Source: an uncultured Chloroflexia bacterium
GTDB taxonomy: Bacteria > Chloroflexota > Limnocylindria > Limnocylindrales > CSP1-4
DNA: 64,000 nucleotides
NCBI GenBank assembly: GCA_963745405.1
Contig: CAVUWY010000002.1
Span: forward strand, 533,013-597,012
Direction of reading: 5' to 3'
This document shows, one piece after another, positions 8,711 to 17,745 of the stretch. The translations under genes were made by a program, and so were the position numbers. Below the pieces are notes generated by a model. The model ran no database searches. It was not told the origin of the DNA and saw only the letters and a list, made by a program, of their open reading frames with translations. Within the stretch, counting starts at the first letter, position 1. Each line of letters opens with the position of its first letter.

Positions 8711-11172
8711 ATGGAACCAGCTCCAACCCTTCGCCACGAGGCGGTCGAACGGATCGCGAACCGCGCCGACCCCGCGGCCTTCTTACGGCTCGTCGAGCGC
8801 TCGATCCTCCCGCTGACCATCATCGGGCTCTTCGCCGGTCTCCTCCTGTCGTGGAGCGGGAACGCCGACAAGGCGGCGATCGTCTGGGCGATCCCGTCCC
8901 TGATCGTCGCCGTCCGGCTGGCCTGGTCGATCGTCCGCGACGTTGCCGCAGGCCACGTCGGCGTGGATGTCATCGCGATCCTCGCCATCGGCGGGGCGCT
9001 CCTCCTCGGCGAGTACCTCGCAGCGGCGGTCATCGCGGTCATGCTGGCGACCGGCGAGGCCCTTGAGCGGTACGCTCAGGGGCGCGCCCATCGGGAGCTG
9101 TCTGCCCTCCTCGGACGGGCGCCGCGCGACGTTCAGCGCTACGTCGACGGCCGCCTCGAGACGGTCCCCATCGACGCGGTCGAGGCGGGCGACCGGCTCG
9201 CGATCCGGCCGGGCGAGGTCGTGCCGGTCGACGGGATGGCCGTCGGCGGTCCGGCGGTCCTCGACGAATCGGCGCTGACCGGCGAGTCGCGTCTCGTGAC
9301 CAGGAGCGAGGGTGAGGCGGTCTTGTCCGGAACGGTCAACGCCGGCTCATCGTTCGACCTGCGGGCGACAGCCCCGGCCGCGGCGAGCACGTACGCCGGC
9401 ATCGTCCGGCTCGTCCAGGAGGCGCAGGAGAGCAAGGCCCCGTTCGTCCGCCTCGCCGATCGCTACGCCCTCCTCTTCATCCCGGTGACGCTGGCGATCT
9501 CGGCATCGCCTGGCTCCTGTCGGGGGACCCGGTCCGCGGCCTCGCGGTCCTGGTGGTCGCGACGCCGTGCCCGCTTCTGCTGGCCGCCCCGATCGCGATC
9601 GTCGCCGGGATATCGCGAGCCGCCCGACGCGGCGTCATCGTCAAGGGCGGGGGGCCGCTCGAGACGCTCGCCCGAGCCCGGGTCGTCCTCTTCGACAAGA
9701 CCGGGACGCTGACGGCCGGCCGGCCGCGGATCGCCGGTATCGAGGTCGGCCCGGACGACATCTCGGCGACCTCGCTGCCCGGTGACACGCCCAGGCCCGG
9801 ACCGGCCCTCGACCAGACGGAGATGCTCCGACTCGCCGCTTCCGTCGAGCAGCTCTCGCCGCACGTGCTCGCCAGTGCGATCGTCCGCGCCGCCCGCGAA
9901 CGTGACCTCGAGCTCGCCCCGCCGACCGACGTCGTCGAGACCGCCGGCGCGGGCGTGCGTGGGTTGGTGGACGGGAGGCTCGTCGCGGTCGGCACGGCCG
10001 ACTTCTGCGCCGGCTCGAGCCGCTTCCCGCGCTGGGCCCGCGACGTCCGTCGCCGGGCGACGATCGAGGGATCGACCAGCGTCTTCGTGAGCGTCGACGG
10101 CATCGTTCGGGGCGCCCTCGTCCTCGACGATCCGCTCCGACCGGAGACACCGCGGGCTATCCGTTCCCTGCGCCGGGCCGGCTTCACCCGGATCGTCATG
10201 GTCACCGGCGACAGTGCCGCCGTCGCCGACATCGTCGGCTCGGCGATCGGGGTCGACGCCGTCCTTGCGGAGCGGGCACCCGGCGACAAGGTCGATGCCA
10301 TCCGGGACGAGCGCAGCGATGCCGCGGGGCCGGTCGTGATGGTCGGCGACGGGCTCAACGACGCGCCCGCCCTCGCCCTCGCCGACGTCGGCGTCGCGAT
10401 GGGCGCTCGCGGGGCGACGGCGTCGTCCGAGGCCGCCGACGTGGTCATCGCGGTCGACCGCCTCGACCGTCTGACGGAGGCCGTCCAGATCGCCCGTCGC
10501 TCGCGCTCGATCGCGGTCCAGAGCGTGATCGCCGGCATGGGGATGTCGCTCGTGGCGATGGTCGCCGCGGCCTTCGGGCTCCTGCCCGTCGTCGCCGGCG
10601 CGATCCTGCAGGAGGCGATCGACGTCGTCGTCATCCTCAACGCCCTGCGAGCTCTCCGGGGCGGGGTCGACCAACCGATCACGATCCCCGGCTGGGCCGA
10701 GACGAGCGGAAGGCTTCGGGCGCAGCACCTCGCCCTCGAAGCGCCGATCGCCACGATCCGGGACACCGCCGACCGCCTCGACGCCATGTCGGCGGAGGCA
10801 GCCCTGACAGCGCTCCAGGCGGTGCGCCGCTTCGTCGCCGAGGATCTCGTTGCACACGAGGAGCTCGAGGATCGGACGATCTACCCGATGCTCGCCGCAG
10901 CGATGGGATCCGACGATGCGACGGCGTCGATGCACCGGACGCACGCCGAGATCTTCCGACTGGCGCGCCTTCTCGACCGACTCATCGCCGACCTGCCGGC
11001 CGAGGGTCCGGACGTGGAGGACCGGACCGACCTCCAGCGCGTCCTCTACGGCCTCGACGCGATCCTCCGCCTTCATCAGGCCCAGGAGGAGGACCTCTAC
11101 GCATCCATCGGCGATGCCGCGTCCGTGCCCGAAGGCGTAACGGCGACAGCCGCGGACGCTGCTCGTCCGTAA
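8711..11172 (+). pseudogene. P1B-type heavy-metal ATPase (P1B-5-like: TPCP motif plus C-terminal hemerythrin-like domain), one -1 frameshift
   Basis: ORF 8711..9712 gives the N-terminal TMs, the actuator domain (LTGESRLV) and ...LFIPVTLAIS. The frame then switches near 9501..9506 to ORF 9553..11172, which in full reads (G)IAWLLSGDPVRGLAVLVVATPCPLLLAAP...DKTGTLT...GDGLNDAPAL... The tail carries HHE-type motifs (HEELED, HRTHAEI, LHQAQEED). There is no N-terminal HMA domain. Confidence 0.8.
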
Positions 11173-11193
11173 GTCCGCCCGTAGCACGCCTGC

Positions 11194-11760
11194 CTATTCG
11201 AGCAGCCGGCGCTCGAGCGCTCGCATCGCGGCTTCCTCGGCGGGTTCGGCATGGTCCCAGCCGCAGACGTGAAGCGTGCCGTGGACGACGAGGAGGCGCA
11301 GCTCGTCGGCCGGCGCCCAGCGGACGTCGCCGTTGTGGCCGCCGCGGCCCTCGTCCGCCTGGGCGATCGCCCGTTCCACCGACACGACGATGTCGCCGAG
11401 GTGGATCCGACGACCGGGCGGCACGAAGGCGGCCGGGGGTGGATCGGCGGCCGGACGGACCGGCGAGACACCGCGGGAGTGGCCGGCGCGCGCCGGGAAC
11501 TCCTCGGCCGGCAGCAGCGGGAACGACAGGACGTCCGTCGCGCCTGACTTGCCCATGTGGGTGCGGTTCAGGGCGGCCAGCTCGGCGTCTCCGGAGAGGA
11601 TGAGACCGATCGAGCTGGGCGCCGGAGCGTCGGCGGCGGTGAGCGCCGCGGCGACGGCCCGGACGAGGCCGCTCACCGGGAGCGGCGACCGGACGCCGTC
11701 GCGGACGGTGACATCGATCCGCCACGGGGGCAGGTATCGGGGGCGCGTGCGATCGGTCAC
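11194..11760 (-). CDS. ybeY: rRNA maturation RNase YbeY
   Basis: GTG 11760 overlaps the upstream stop as GTGA. ...THMGKSGATDVLSFP...HLGDIVVS...LLVVHGTLHVCGWDH (H-x-x-x-H-x-x-G-x-D-H zinc motif). Confidence 0.9.
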   Translation of the reverse strand: MTDRTRPRYLPPWRIDVTVRDGVRSPLPVSGLVRAVAAALTAADAPAPSSIGLILSGDAELAALNRTHMGKSGATDVLSFPLLPAEEFPARAGHSRGVSPVRPAADPPPAAFVPPGRRIHLGDIVVSVERAIAQADEGRGGHNGDVRWAPADELRLLVVHGTLHVCGWDHAEPAEEAAMRALERRLLE

Positions 11761-13931
11761 GCGCTTGGTCCGCTGGCTCCTCCGCCGCCCGTGCCGTCGG
11801 CGGCCCGTCGGGTCTCGATCTCGATGATCTTGTTCTGCGGATAGGCGATCCGCTGGTGGTACATCCCGAGGAGCTGCTGGACGAACGCCTCCCGGATCCG
11901 CTCGACGTCGCGGAGGGTCAGGTCGCACTCATCGAACTGGCCGTCGGACATCCGCTCCTCGATGATCCGCGAGACCATCGCCCGGATGGCCGGTTCGTCG
12001 CGCGCCGAGAGCGACCGGACGGAGGCCTCGACCCCGTCGGCGAGCATGATGATGGCCGCCTCGCGCGATTGCGGTTTCGGACCCGCGTGGCGGAATCGGC
12101 GGATGTCGACGCCCGCTGCCGCGGCGGCCCCATCGACCGTGTCGAGCCCGCCGTACGGCGCGGCCGCTGCCTCCCGGGCCCGGGCGTAGAAGTAGCTCAT
12201 CACCGCGGTCCCGTGGTGCTGGGGGATGAAGGCGATGAGCGTCTTCGGGAGCTTGCTCCGGTAGGCGAGCTCGATACCGTCGGCGACATGCTGCTTGACG
12301 AGCTGGGCCGAGACCTCGGGATCGAGCTGGTCGTGGATGTTCTCGCCGCCGGCCTGGTTCTCGATGAAGGCCGCCGGGTTCTCCAGCTTGCCGATGTCGT
12401 GGTAGTAGGCCGCGACGCGCGTCAGGAGCGGGTCGGCCCCGATCGCCTCGGCGGCCCGCTCGGCGAGGTTGCCGACCATGATCGAGTGGTGGTACGTGCC
12501 GGGCGTCTCGACGAGGAGCCGCCGCAGGAGCGGCTGCGAGGGATTCGCCAGCTCGAGCATCTGGAATACCGTGAGGATCCCGAAGACGTTGCCGAGGACC
12601 GCGAACGACCCGACGGCCGCGACCGCCGAGCCGCCGCCGGCGATGATCGCCGCCCCGTAGAGCTGGAGGACGGCGGTTATGTCGCGGGCTCCGAGGAGCG
12701 AGAAGACCGTGATCACGGCCGCCCCGACGAGAGCGATGGCGATGCCCGCGTTGACGAAGGCGTTGAGTCGGTCGCCGCGCCGGACGGCGACGATGCCGGC
12801 GTAGCCGCCGAGGAAGACGTAGGTCGCGAGCTCGAGCGAGTTGCCGTTCACCGCACCCGCGATGACGCCGAGGATGGCCATGAGGACCATCGCCGCGCCC
12901 GCGTCGAGAAGGATCGCCACGAGGATGCCGGCGGCGGCCGTGGGCAGGATGTACGGCAGGACGTTGCGACCCGCCGTCAGCTTCAGGGCGAACGTCGCGA
13001 CCACGATGATGAACCCGAGGAGGACGAGGACGTTGTTGCGGTGCCACAACGTCGGACGGAACCGCCACACCCAGACGAGGAGGAGGCCCACGAGGAGCAC
13101 CGCCAGGAGGATGAAGCCGCTGAGCCGGGCGCCGTCGAGGGTCGGCACGTTGAGGTTGAAGGCGTCGACCTTCTCCATCTGCTCGGGCGTGATCGGGTGG
13201 CCCTTGTCGACGATGGCCTCGCCCTGCTGGATCTCGACGATGACCGGCCGGACCCCCTGGGCCGCGGCGAGACGGGCCTGGTCGGTGAGCGGCTGGCTGA
13301 ACGACGAGTTCGGGACGAGGAGGGGCCCGATCAGCTCGGCCGCGAGCACCTTCTCGTCCGCGGTGAGGTTGCCGAGGATGCGATTGGCCAGGCCGGCCCG
13401 GACGGACGCGACGTCGGAGTCGCGCAGCTCGGGCCGCTCGATGACGTCGAGGACGCGGGCCGCCTCGTCGCGGACCGCCTTCCATGAGGCGGTCGTCAGG
13501 CCCTCGAGCGTGGTCCGGCTGGCGGCGGTCAGGTCGGGCAGTACCGACTTGAGGAGCTCGGCTCGCTGGGCCGCGGTGACCGAGGCGTCGAACGCCGCGT
13601 CGACCGGCGCGACGTCGCTCGCGAAGGCGGCCGCCTGCTGGTCGGCGACGTCGGCGCCCTGGGCGGTCGTGTAGTCGTACTGCGGCAGGACCGCGGCGCT
13701 CGCCGCCGCGCGGGCGGCCTGCGTCTGGATCTCGCTCGTGAACTGGATCGTGCCCGGCGCGACGACGTCGTCCTTCGGCACCTCGCCGACCTTGAGACCG
13801 AGGCCGCTCGGCACGATGTCGACGGCGAAGATGGCGGCGACGGCGATGATGAGCACGCTCGCCGACACGAAGAGGCGGCCGGCGTCGTGCCGGGTGAACG
13901 GATTCACCCTCGAGGGGCGCTGGGTCAACAT
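11757..13931 (-). CDS. 7TM-HD / HDIG-domain membrane phosphohydrolase (PgpH-like)
   Basis: ORF 724 aa with an N-terminal extracellular region, seven hydrophobic spans, then HHSIMVGNLAERAAEAIGADPLLTRVAAYYHDIGK... (HD domain). Its position upstream of ybeY matches the Bacillus yqfF-ybeY arrangement. Confidence 0.85.
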   Translation of the reverse strand: MLTQRPSRVNPFTRHDAGRLFVSASVLIIAVAAIFAVDIVPSGLGLKVGEVPKDDVVAPGTIQFTSEIQTQAARAAASAAVLPQYDYTTAQGADVADQQAAAFASDVAPVDAAFDASVTAAQRAELLKSVLPDLTAASRTTLEGLTTASWKAVRDEAARVLDVIERPELRDSDVASVRAGLANRILGNLTADEKVLAAELIGPLLVPNSSFSQPLTDQARLAAAQGVRPVIVEIQQGEAIVDKGHPITPEQMEKVDAFNLNVPTLDGARLSGFILLAVLLVGLLLVWVWRFRPTLWHRNNVLVLLGFIIVVATFALKLTAGRNVLPYILPTAAAGILVAILLDAGAAMVLMAILGVIAGAVNGNSLELATYVFLGGYAGIVAVRRGDRLNAFVNAGIAIALVGAAVITVFSLLGARDITAVLQLYGAAIIAGGGSAVAAVGSFAVLGNVFGILTVFQMLELANPSQPLLRRLLVETPGTYHHSIMVGNLAERAAEAIGADPLLTRVAAYYHDIGKLENPAAFIENQAGGENIHDQLDPEVSAQLVKQHVADGIELAYRSKLPKTLIAFIPQHHGTAVMSYFYARAREAAAAPYGGLDTVDGAAAAAGVDIRRFRHAGPKPQSREAAIIMLADGVEASVRSLSARDEPAIRAMVSRIIEERMSDGQFDECDLTLRDVERIREAFVQQLLGMYHQRIAYPQNKIIEIETRRAADGTGGGGASGPSA

Positions 13932-14431
13932 CAGCCGTCCGTCGAGCCTGCCCCTGCGTGGGATCCGGCGTGGGCGGCGAGGTCGGCGCCGGCGAGCGTC
14001 TGGGCGACGAGCTCGCTCACCCGCTTGCCGTCGGCTCGGCCGCGGGTCCGCGGGGCGAGCCAGCCCATGACCTTGCCGAGGTCGCGGGCCGACGAGGCCC
14101 CGGTCGCGGCGATCCCCTCGGCCACGAGGGAACGGACCTCGTCCTCGCTCAGTGCCTGGGGGAGGAACTCGGAGAGGATGGCGATCTCCGCCTCCTCCTT
14201 GGAGGCGAGGTCCTCGCGACCGCCGGCCCGGAACGCCTCGACCGACTCGCGCCGGGTCTTGACCTCGCGGGTAAGGACCGCGAGCAGCTCATCGTCGGTC
14301 AGCGGTCGCTGGTTGCGCTTCTCGACGGTGTAGGCCGCGCTCTGGGCGAGGCGCAGGGTATCGCGGCGCAGCACGTCACCCGACCGCATGGCTGCGGTCA
14401 GTTCGTCACGAAGGCGATCGTTGAGGGACAC
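13931..14431 (-). CDS. GatB/YqeY domain protein
   Basis: MSLNDRLRDELTAAMRSGD...TLRLAQSAAYTVEKRNQRPLTDDELLAVLTREVKTRRESVEAFRAGGR..LASKEEAEIAILSEFLP. It lies directly downstream of rpsU, as in Bacillus. Confidence 0.85.
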   Translation of the reverse strand: MSLNDRLRDELTAAMRSGDVLRRDTLRLAQSAAYTVEKRNQRPLTDDELLAVLTREVKTRRESVEAFRAGGREDLASKEEAEIAILSEFLPQALSEDEVRSLVAEGIAATGASSARDLGKVMGWLAPRTRGRADGKRVSELVAQTLAGADLAAHAGSHAGAGSTDG

Positions 14432-14505
14432 CGATGTGGCACCTCGGGGCGGGTCCGCGCGCAGGGTACGTATCTCCTCGACGGGGCCTCCCGTCGATCG
14501 ACGGC

Positions 14506-14691
14506 TCAGGCCTGCTGCGTGCGGGCGTTCTTCTTGCGCTTCGCTTCCTTGCGCTTCCGCTTCACGCTCGGCTTCTCGTAGTGCTCGCGTCGGCGAGCCT
14601 CGGCGAGGATGCCGCTCTGCTGGATCTTCTTGTTGAAGCGGCGAAGGGCGCTCTCGAACGTCTCGTTCTCACCCACTCGGACTTCTGCCAA
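14506..14691 (-). CDS. rpsU: 30S ribosomal protein S21
   Basis: (M)[56 protein letters not shown] 14691 lies 11 nt after GGAGG (14707..14703). The track start, GTG 14703, sits inside that Shine-Dalgarno sequence and is less likely. Confidence 0.85.
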   Translation of the reverse strand: MAEVRVGENETFESALRRFNKKIQQSGILAEARRREHYEKPSVKRKRKEAKRKKNARTQQA

Positions 14692-14877
14692 TCGAGTGAT
14701 CACCTCCCGCGGCCCGGGATCGTGCTCGACATCGCGGGTGGGCCCCGCTCGCGATGCTCCCTCAGGCCGGGAGCGTGGCGCTCGCCGGGTCCGAAGGCTC
14801 GCGGAGTCTAGCCGAGGGTCAAGCCGCGGTCAAACGTCCACGGCGAGCTCGGGACGAGCTCCGGGCGAGTGGCCCTG

Positions 14878-14930
14878 GGCGTCCGTCACTCAGCTCGGCG
14901 TCCGTCACTCAGCTCGACGTCCGTCGCCAC
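14878..14930. repeat. 19-nt tandem direct repeat, two exact copies plus a degenerate third
   Basis: GGCGTCCGTCACTCAGCTC at 14878..14896 and 14897..14915, followed by GACGTCCGTCGCCAC. The repeat lies in the region upstream of rpsU. Confidence 0.9.
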
Positions 14931-15146
14931 TTCGCGTGGCGATCCTGTGACACCTACCCACGAGGCGGGTCGTAAGTCCAAGTTACACGCTCGAGAGGCG
15001 CGCTCCGACCCGAAACCACGCTCGAACGAGGCCGGGATGACGCGGCGGCGGGTCGATCGCGTGTCTAACACCCGTGCCACGGGTAGGTGTCACGGATCCG
15101 GGCCGTGGAGGCCGATACCACCCGTCCGGTGGGTGAGCGCGGTATG
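14925..15146. repeat. copy 1 of a ~220-nt noncoding element (hairpin plus 13-bp long-range inverted repeat plus conserved core)
   Basis: Hairpin CGCCAC-ttcgc-GTGGCG (14925..14941). GTGACACCTACCC (14947..14959) is the exact complement of GGGTAGGTGTCAC (15081..15093). The core CTAACACCCGTGCCACGGGTAGGTGTCACGGATCC is shared with the copy at 17746. Confidence 0.7.
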
Positions 15147-15170
15147 TGAGGGCGCCCCGAAGATCGGCCG

Positions 15171-15437
15171 CTATCGACCGCCGGCGATCGCCGGGATCAC
15201 GTGGACGGTGGCGTGGGCACCGACGGGGGTCGAGAGGACCGCTCGATCTCCGTCGACGAAGACGTTGATGTGCTCGCGGATGACGGGGCCCGCGTCGAGC
15301 AGCCGGTCCGCCACCCCCGGCCAGGACCCGTCGAGGCCGGCGATGACCTCGGCGACCGTGGCACCGTCGATCGTCGCCCGGTGGGGCAGCCCCGGCACGA
15401 GGACCGCGAGCGATCGCGGCAGGATGACCTGTGCCAT
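15171..15437 (-). CDS. MoaD/ThiS-family ubiquitin-like small protein
   Basis: ATG 15437. The 88-aa protein MAQVILPRSLAVLV...INVFVDGDRAVLSTPVGAHATVHVIPAIAGGR shows a beta-grasp pattern, with the C-terminal Gly-Gly followed by one extra Arg. Confidence 0.75.
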   Translation of the reverse strand: MAQVILPRSLAVLVPGLPHRATIDGATVAEVIAGLDGSWPGVADRLLDAGPVIREHINVFVDGDRAVLSTPVGAHATVHVIPAIAGGR

Positions 15438-15471
15438 GGCCGCGCCTGCTCCGGTCCGGTCCGTCCGGCGC

Positions 15472-16560
15472 CTAGGCCGGGATCCGGACCGCCTCGACCG
15501 ACCAGATGGGCGGCAGGGTGGTCGTGATGGCGTTCCAACTCGCGCCGTCGTCGGCGCTCGCGTAGAGCTGGCCGGTGCTCGTCCCGAAGTAGACCCCGAC
15601 CGGATCGAGCTCGTCGCGGGCCATCGCCTCGCGGAGCACGCCGAGATAGGCATCCCGTTGGGGAAGGCCCCGATCGCCCCGGATCCACGAGTCGCCGCCA
15701 TCGTTCGTCCGCCACACGGCCGCCTTTCCCTCCGGCATGAACCGACCCTGCTCGGCGCCGTTGAGCGGGATGGCCCAGACCGTGAGCGGATCGCGCGGAT
15801 GGGAGACCATGCCGAATCCGAACTCGGACGGCAGGCCTTCGGTGATCTCCTGCCAGGACACGCCGCCGTCGAACGAGCGATACACCCCGCAGTGGTTCTG
15901 CTGGTAGAGGTGCTCCGGCTCACCCGCGGCCGCGACGAGCTTGTGGACGCACTGCCCGGTCTCGGGATGCGGGTCGGGCATGAACCCGGCTCGGACCCCC
16001 GAGTTGCGCGGCTCCCACGACTTCCCGTTATCGCGGGTCTCGAACGTGCCGACGGCCGAGATCGCGACCCACATCCGGTCGGCATCGGTCGGGTGGGGCA
16101 CGATCGTGTGGAGGATGAGGCCGCCGGCGCCGGGCTCCCAGGTAGGCCGGGTCGGGTGGTTCGTCAGGCCCTCGACGTGAGCCCACGTCCGGCCGCCGTC
16201 TTCGCTGCGGAACAGCCCGGCCGGCCCGACCCCGGCGAAGAGGCTGCCGTGGGCCGCGGTCACGTTCCAGACGGCGGTGATCTTCGGCCCATCGTCGCCG
16301 TAGGTGATGCCGTCGCTCGACTGGGTCCAGGTCTTGCCGAGGTCGTCGCTGCGGAACACGGTCGGCCCATACCACGGGCTGCCGCCGCCGGCGTAGATCG
16401 TGCCGGTCGACGGATCCATGCTCACGTCCTGGATCGGCCAGCCGTCGCAGGTCGGGCCGCGGACCTCCCAGTTCCGCCGGGCTGTGTCCGACTCCACGAT
16501 GAAGGCGCCCTTCTTCGTGCCGACGAGGAGGAGGATGCGATCGGTCACGGCGTGCCTCAT
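15472..16560 (-). CDS. BNR/Asp-box repeat beta-propeller protein (sialidase-like / Ycf48-like fold)
   Basis: ATG 16560, 362 aa. There are six S-x-D-x-G-x-(T/S)-W boxes: RSDDLGKTW, RSEDGGRTW, TRDNGKSW, RSFDGGVSW, RTNDGGDSW, ASADDGASW. The rest of track ORF 15472..17667 is antisense shadow. Confidence 0.85.
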   Translation of the reverse strand: MRHAVTDRILLLVGTKKGAFIVESDTARRNWEVRGPTCDGWPIQDVSMDPSTGTIYAGGGSPWYGPTVFRSDDLGKTWTQSSDGITYGDDGPKITAVWNVTAAHGSLFAGVGPAGLFRSEDGGRTWAHVEGLTNHPTRPTWEPGAGGLILHTIVPHPTDADRMWVAISAVGTFETRDNGKSWEPRNSGVRAGFMPDPHPETGQCVHKLVAAAGEPEHLYQQNHCGVYRSFDGGVSWQEITEGLPSEFGFGMVSHPRDPLTVWAIPLNGAEQGRFMPEGKAAVWRTNDGGDSWIRGDRGLPQRDAYLGVLREAMARDELDPVGVYFGTSTGQLYASADDGASWNAITTTLPPIWSVEAVRIPA

Positions 16561-16570
16561 CCCTGTGCCC

Positions 16571-16584
16571 GATACCGTGGTATC
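16571..16584. promoter_or_regulatory. palindrome GATACC-GT-GGTATC in a divergent intergenic region
   Basis: Perfect 6+6 inverted repeat between the divergent BNR gene (start 16560) and EEP gene (start 16663). It is a candidate operator only. Confidence 0.25.
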
Positions 16585-16662
16585 CGGGATCGATGACTGG
16601 TCCCGTCGAGGGTACCGCGGACGCAGACCGCCCGCGTCGTTCTCCGTGGTAGGGTCCGCGCG

Positions 16663-17700
16663 ATGGCCGGGGTCGAGGACACGCCGCTGCCCGCCGGCCC
16701 GGCCGAACGGCCGCGCGCCCGGACCGCACTCCTCCTCGCGGCGGCCGCGATCCCACTCTGCGTCGTGCTGGCGACCGCCATCGAGATCGTCCTCCGGGCG
16801 CAGCTCGGTCCTCTCGCCTTCTTCGCCGCGTTCGAGCAGTGGTTCTTCCTCGGGCTCGTCGTCCTGGTCCCCCTCGCCCTCCTCCACGATGCCCGGGCCA
16901 TGCGGATCGCCCTCGCCGTCGCCCTGGTCGCCGGGGTCGTCCGGTTCGGCGGCGAATTCGTCTCGCTCCCGGCGGGGACGGTGGCCGGGCCGGAGGTCCG
17001 GGTGCTGGCCTGGAACATCCAGTACGACGGCGGCACGCCCGAGCTCGACGCGTCGATCATCGCGTCGGCCGACGTCGACATCGTGGCGCTCGAGGAGCTG
17101 ACGTCGGCCAAGGCCCGGGTCATCGGCTCGGATCCCGCGGTGCTGCAGCGCTTCCCGTATCTCGTCCTCCTCCCACGCGGCCCGCTCGACGGCGTCGGCC
17201 TGCTGAGCGATCGGCCACTGACCCTCATCGACGACTTCGACTCGCCGGAAGGACTGGCGGCCATCGTCTCGACGCCGGCCGGACCGATCACCGTGATCGT
17301 CGCCCACCCGGCCCACAGCCCCATCGAGGCCGTGGACCCGTTCTCGCTCGTATTCGGTTACGACGTGACCGACCGGGATGCCGACCTGGCCCGCCTTCGG
17401 GCGCGGATCGATGCCGCGATCGGCCGGGGGGAGCGGGTCATGCTCCTCGGCGACATGAACACCACCCCGACGGAGCCCGGCTTCGGCACGCTCGTGGCCG
17501 GCCTCCGCGACGCTCACGCCGAGGTCGGTCTCGGGCCGGGCTGGACGTGGCGCCCGCAGGCCCTCGTGCCGTTCGACCTCGGCATCGTCCGCATCGACGT
17601 CGTGGTCACGAGTCGAGACCTTGCGCCGATCGAGTCGCGCGAGGTGTGCCTGCCGGTCAGCGATCACTGCCAGCTGTGGGCGACGATCGCGGGGTCGTAG
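16663..17700 (+). CDS. endonuclease/exonuclease/phosphatase (EEP) family membrane protein
   Basis: ORF 345 aa with N-terminal TM spans, then VRVLAWNIQYDG...DIVALEEL...VIVAHP...MLLGDMNTTP...VSDHCQLWATI (EEP catalytic motifs). Confidence 0.8.
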   Translation: MAGVEDTPLPAGPAERPRARTALLLAAAAIPLCVVLATAIEIVLRAQLGPLAFFAAFEQWFFLGLVVLVPLALLHDARAMRIALAVALVAGVVRFGGEFVSLPAGTVAGPEVRVLAWNIQYDGGTPELDASIIASADVDIVALEELTSAKARVIGSDPAVLQRFPYLVLLPRGPLDGVGLLSDRPLTLIDDFDSPEGLAAIVSTPAGPITVIVAHPAHSPIEAVDPFSLVFGYDVTDRDADLARLRARIDAAIGRGERVMLLGDMNTTPTEPGFGTLVAGLRDAHAEVGLGPGWTWRPQALVPFDLGIVRIDVVVTSRDLAPIESREVCLPVSDHCQLWATIAGS

Positions 17701-17745
17701 GTGGGCCGGCGGGCCGGTATCGATGGGCCTCGAGCTGGCCAGGGA

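Noticed and set aside
3803-8737. 1644-aa ORF, the longest in the track
   Set aside because: It is a composite. It coincides with the true mfd frame only for parts of its length. Elsewhere, including across pth, it is an Arg/Pro/Ala/Gly-rich out-of-frame read-through kept open by the extreme GC content. The real genes here are mfd (frameshifted) and pth.
14878-14930. Possible CRISPR array
   Set aside because: The 19-nt units are directly adjacent with no spacers. There are only about 2.7 units and no cas genes anywhere in the window.
14886-15080. 64-aa minus-strand ORF inside element copy 1 (VARVLDTRS...)
   Set aside because: The homologous frame in copy 2 starts similarly (MTRVLAT...) but stops after 15 codons. 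The resemblance is explained by nucleotide conservation. There is no Shine-Dalgarno sequence.
14947-15093. 6S-RNA-like or other long closing-stem RNA inferred from the perfect 13-bp pairing in element copy 1
   Set aside because: In copy 2 the equivalent 13-mers (GTGACCCCTACCC / GGGTAGATGTCTC) have three non-compensated mismatches, so the long-range stem is not supported by covariation. I kept it only as a repeat of unknown nature.
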